This document shows, one piece after another, positions 63,303 to 64,000 of a stretch of DNA of 64,000 bases. A model generated the notes under the pieces. That model did no database searches. It had not been told where the DNA came from and saw nothing but the letters and a program-made list of their open reading frames with translations. The first letter of the stretch is position 1; every line of letters begins with the position of its first letter. The stretch spans positions 1-64,000 of the forward strand of contig CBFFRP010000406.1 of NCBI GenBank assembly GCA_965644295.1, in the 5' to 3' direction. The translations under genes were made by a program, and so were the position numbers. This DNA is from Paraphysomonas bandaiensis. Taxonomy: Eukaryota > Protista > Chrysophyceae.

Positions 63303-64000
63303 TTCACTCTACTGCAGACTCAGGCTGCTCGCCTGGATAACACTATAAGATAATGGAACTAGAGAGAGATGCTGTAAGAGTACTCAACAAGGCAGTGTCT
63401 TAATGTGTTGAGTTCGGTAGAGATGCTGCTGAGCTCCACAGCAGGTCCATGTACAGTATAGTGTACACAGCACAGCGTATGCGTATACTGTACATATACA
63501 GCACACAGAGATGTATGTATTCGTTGACACTCTTTTCAAAATATTCCAATCCATTTTGAAATTTCTGTCCTGCTGCTGGTGAGTGTAGTGAGCAGTGGAG
63601 TACCATCACACATGTATACGAGAGTGCGCTGCACTGCTGTGTGCATATATATACACTGTATAATATACAGTATAGTATATCAATATGTCTGGTATACGTA
63701 TAAATACAGCAGTATACAGAGCATGCATCTGTGCAGGAGTGTGCGGAATGAAGAAGCAACAGAAGCGAAGTAAGTGTCTTGCAAATGCATGTGGTAGCTA
63801 TGAGCTATGAGCCTTGTCTACAACACGTCGATAGGCATGGAAGGAAGTGATGATAGTACCGTCTCGAATAACCACGACAGATAAACCCCTCGACTTACAC
63901 TGCATTCATCCTGTTGATGCCTCCCACATCACACGAGATACACTCTGCCTCTGCTGTGTCTCCTCAGCAGGATACCAGTCGAGTTGAATCCGCCTCTTCG

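Noticed and set aside
1-64000. tRNA/rRNA/snRNA genes, and the many short antisense ORFs in the track
   Set aside because: No RNA gene was recognised by eye (a covariance-model scan is needed to exclude them). The short ORFs are shadows of real genes or low-complexity DNA.

Overview
Eukaryotic nuclear DNA from a compact, gene-dense genome with many short (about 45-80 nt) GT-AG introns. The gene set suggests a stramenopile-like protist, but this is inference only. Host genes: NAPE-PLD-like hydrolase, SmD3, a small coiled-coil protein, U2AF large subunit, a thioredoxin/DsbA-like protein, a ubiquitin-like-domain protein, a nucleotide-diphospho-sugar transferase with a 71-aa membrane ORF just upstream, an acidic unknown protein, SHMT, a lipoyl-domain/KGD4(MRPS36)-like fusion, a large LRR/EF-hand protein, a DUF1445/D-glutamate-cyclase-like protein, a SAM-methyltransferase-like/MYND-like protein, VWA8 and condensin-II CAP-D3. 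Mobile DNA: an intact copia element with apparently identical 307-bp TA...TA LTRs and a 5-bp TSD, a 3.3-kb TIR transposon with a divergent DDE transposase, hAT-type non-autonomous elements with 8-bp TSDs, several MITE families and two further partial or decayed copia elements. Best observations: (i) the TIR transposon inserted into the TAG stop codon of the LRR gene and supplies it with a new 25-aa C-terminus; (ii) a lipoyl domain is fused to a KGD4-like adaptor; (iii) (TACA)n arrays and degenerate purine-pyrimidine-alternating tracts mark gene 5' ends; (iv) the copia LTRs have non-canonical termini and the gag ATG straddles the LTR/PBS junction; (v) a possible bicistronic small-ORF/glycosyltransferase unit. 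All calls were made by eye, without database searches.
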